A DNA stretch of 63,701 bases, counting the filler, from Phoronis australis (taxonomy: Eukaryota; Animalia; Phoronida), in NCBI GenBank assembly GCA_002633005.1. It is 11 parts of 11 records of this genome, joined end to end, with 100 filler letters (N's around TTAATTAATTAA, not from the genome) between each part and the next. Parts side by side here need not be neighbours in the genome. Positions count along the whole stretch, not along the records: positions 61,125 to 63,701 come from NMRA01003590.1; 10 more parts are not named here. The stretch is one strand, 5' to 3'. The notes under the pieces are model-generated. The model ran no database searches and was not told where the DNA came from. It saw only the letters and a list, made by a program, of their open reading frames with translations. Positions 61,225-63,701 of this stretch are shown here, in pieces; positions within the stretch are counted from its first letter, which is position 1; the number at the start of each line of letters is the position of its first letter. The position numbers and the translations under genes were made by a program.

Positions 61225-62480
61225 ATATGTCTTGCTTTTTGAAACACATGATACAATTGACGTATTACTGTGTGCTTTTCCTCATGATTTAACTTTATTT
61301 GCAGCTTCGTTATGTTCCTTCAGAGGGCATGACGGACAAAAATGACACTTTTGCATGTTCTTGTGCGATCTTGCTTCTCTCACAAGAAATTTTCTTTCTG
61401 GAACACTCCTCATTTGCCACTCCCACTGTCTTGTAATAATGGCTTTATCCAGCAAGTGCATGTCATCAGAAATGTTCTAGCTAGTCCACTATAGATGTCT
61501 CAACACTAAGCGCCTAACGACAGCCTTTGTTTTCTTCTCTAGTTTGGGCCGTGAGCCGAACCTATAGGATTTTCCCACTCTATTTTTAGTCGTTGAACAA
61601 TGACTTCGGAAGACTGGCGGGTTTAAACTGGATGCAACAAGCTTGTTCTCAACAAAACGGTTGGCCTCTCTGAAAAGCGCGTTGTCTTGAATTTGGCTGC
61701 ATTACTGTTGTTCTTAAGTTGTCTGTAAGTTTTAGCATACCAGAAACTCGCTATCTCGCTGATCACTCCGCCAACCTGCTGACACTGACAGGTCAGACTA
61801 TAGGTTTCATTATGGGCATGTCTCAATGCGGCATACCACCAAGGTTGTCAGTGTCATGTTTGCATAGTTGTTCAATTACAGGCATTTTGTCTAGAGTTGT
61901 AGAAATTAATTTTTTTACTTTCAGTTAATCCTGGGTTCAAGACACAAGAATTTGGCAAATGAAAGCTGTTAGAGGGTACTATAGAGTGTGTAGTTATTTG
62001 CCACTCAGACGGTGGAACATAATTCTAATGTGTAGTGCAGTGATCGCATGTACTTGGCCCATGAGATGCTTGTCACTGCGAAACACAGGCCTATATTTTG
62101 CTAAGTTAAATTATCCAAAAGTGACGAGAACCAGGGTACCATACTCGTCAACTAATGGTGAACCATCTCACATTTTGAATCTTTGTCCTGCCACAATGTG
62201 TCTTGCTTTTTGAAGAATGTGGTGTTACTGACGTATTTGTATGTTTTAATTTTCTTGTGCCTTAATTCCTCACGATTTACTTTTATTTGCAACCCTGTTT
62301 GACACAGTTTTTATGTCTCCTTCAGAGGTTGTAACCAAAATATCACCTTTGTGTGGTCTTGTGTGATCTTGCTTGCCTCACAAGAAACTTTCTTTCTGGA
62401 ACACTCCTCATTTGCCAGTGTCGTGTAATCAAATGGCTTTATCCAGCGAGTACTTGTCATCAGAAACGTTCTAGCTGCTT
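61225..62480. repeat. Pair of diverged ~270-bp direct repeats (~61225-61485 and ~62195-62480)
   Basis: Shared blocks TGTCTTGCTTTTTGAA, CACAAGAAA.TTTCTTTCTGGAACACTCCTCATTTGCCA and AATGGCTTTATCCAGC..TGTCATCAGAAA.GTTCTAGCT. Confidence 0.7.
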
Positions 62481-62776
62481 TTTTCGTTTTGTGTTGTTAA
62501 ACTGCAAGTTGTGATCACCACACTAGCTAAGATATTTGAAGTCCAGTGGCTATAGCTTAATTAGGTCGTCCTAGGCTAGGAGACCTCATCCATCTCATGC
62601 AATGGGTAGTTGGATCAGAAGAGGTCAAATTTTCCTGGAATAATTTGGTCTTTGCTACACAACAGATTTTTACTTTGGGCATTTGGGTTATTCTTGTCTA
62701 ATCTCTCTTGCTGGCATAGATCTCTGCATGCATTTCTTGACCATTTGACGTATTTTGTGTTTCTTTGCAGGTAAAT

Positions 62777-62973
62777 ATGGCTGAAGAACAGGCACTACAA
62801 GTTGAAGACTCACCAAAGCACATTTTCCCTGTGTTTGAATGTGAAATTGTTGGTGTTGTTGTCTACCAAGACAGGGCTGAAGTTACCAGGGAAGTTAATG
62901 CAGAACTTGAAAACGGCAGTGTAGAAGTGGTGATAAAAGGCCTCTCTGAACATGTTGACTCGGATTCTATTAG
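62777..62973 (+). CDS. First coding exon of a DUF4140/DUF4139 (F37C4.5-like) protein
   Basis: MAEEQ..CEIVGVVVYQDRAEVTREVNAELENGSVEVVIKGLSEHVDSDSIR matches the DUF4140 N-terminal pattern I..V.VY.DRA.V.R....L..G...V.I..L...D.DS.R. Acceptor TTTGCAG at 62770, donor GTATGT at 62974. Confidence 0.82.
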
Positions 62974-63701
62974 GTATGTATATTTAATCTACAATTATTG
63001 TCCCAACTAAAAATTCAAGCTCCATTAAACCCTGGTGAATAAACTGATTCTTGATTTTTCGACAACTTGCTCCTCTGAGACCACTAGCAGGCTAAACTCG
63101 TGCTACTAATATCTTGAACCTTAATCAGACAAAGAATGGCTTCTGGCATGAGTTTGGGAATAACTGCTAGCTTTCAAGTGCTTTAGTCCATGCACCATGC
63201 CGGTCTGCTGTGACAAGCCAACTTACTGAACCTGGTCCCAACCAAAGGCAAATTCTCAATTCGAAAAATCGCAGCTTTCATCAGATTACACCAAGTGCTG
63301 TACTGTTTGTTTATCACAAGGCAGCCATGTGGTATATGAGCCCGTGACCTTAGCTTGTTCTTTTATGACTCACTGCTAGATGCTAGTTAGTTACCCATTG
63401 GACTTGAATGTCATCGTATGTGCTTTGATGCAGCTCTTATATCCAATACATTATACATGATTGAAGTCAACTGTGGTTGCTCGCATTATTTCAGTAGTTA
63501 CTGATCAATTTAATAAGGAATAATTTGACACCATTTTCGTAACAAATTTGTTTATAAATGGCAGGTTCATAGCGTCTTACAGAAAAATGTATGTGTTAAA
63601 TTGTTTTTACTACTGTAACATTGTGATTTTAAAAAGTGGACCAGTCTTAATTGCAAACATTCAATATAAAGCTCTTTAGTTAGGTGAGAGCTCAAAAATA
63701 G

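Overview
This window is not one continuous locus. It is 11 short unplaced contigs joined by ten artificial 100-bp spacers (44N-TTAATTAATTAA-44N). Ten contigs look like an intron-rich invertebrate animal genome. They contain: a complete ~16-EGF single-pass membrane protein gene ending in a Crumbs-like ERLV motif, head-to-head with an unrecognised six-exon gene; five exons of the IRE1/ERN1 luminal domain; a PHYHIP C-terminal-domain ORF; NO VEIN/sacsin-like GHKL ATPase exons; a METTL9 exon; a DUF4140 exon; a full-length decayed BEL/Pao LTR retrotransposon; a solo LTR; an RTE LINE 3' end; and several foldback/MITE elements and minisatellites. One contig (51905-55090) is a single uninterrupted intronless ORF with the architecture of an archaeal (Methanosarcinales-type) surface glycoprotein and is probably co-sequenced microbial DNA. 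The two most unusual signals both lie in IRE1 introns. One is a head-to-head inverted pair of tRNA-headed SINEs carrying Penelope-type minimal hammerhead ribozyme motifs. The other is a 13-copy minisatellite whose unit is the exon end plus the 5' splice site, and which also contains an AP-1/ARE motif. Several near-identical duplications joined by a single N are assembly artefacts. All family calls are by-eye motif recognition; no database search was run.
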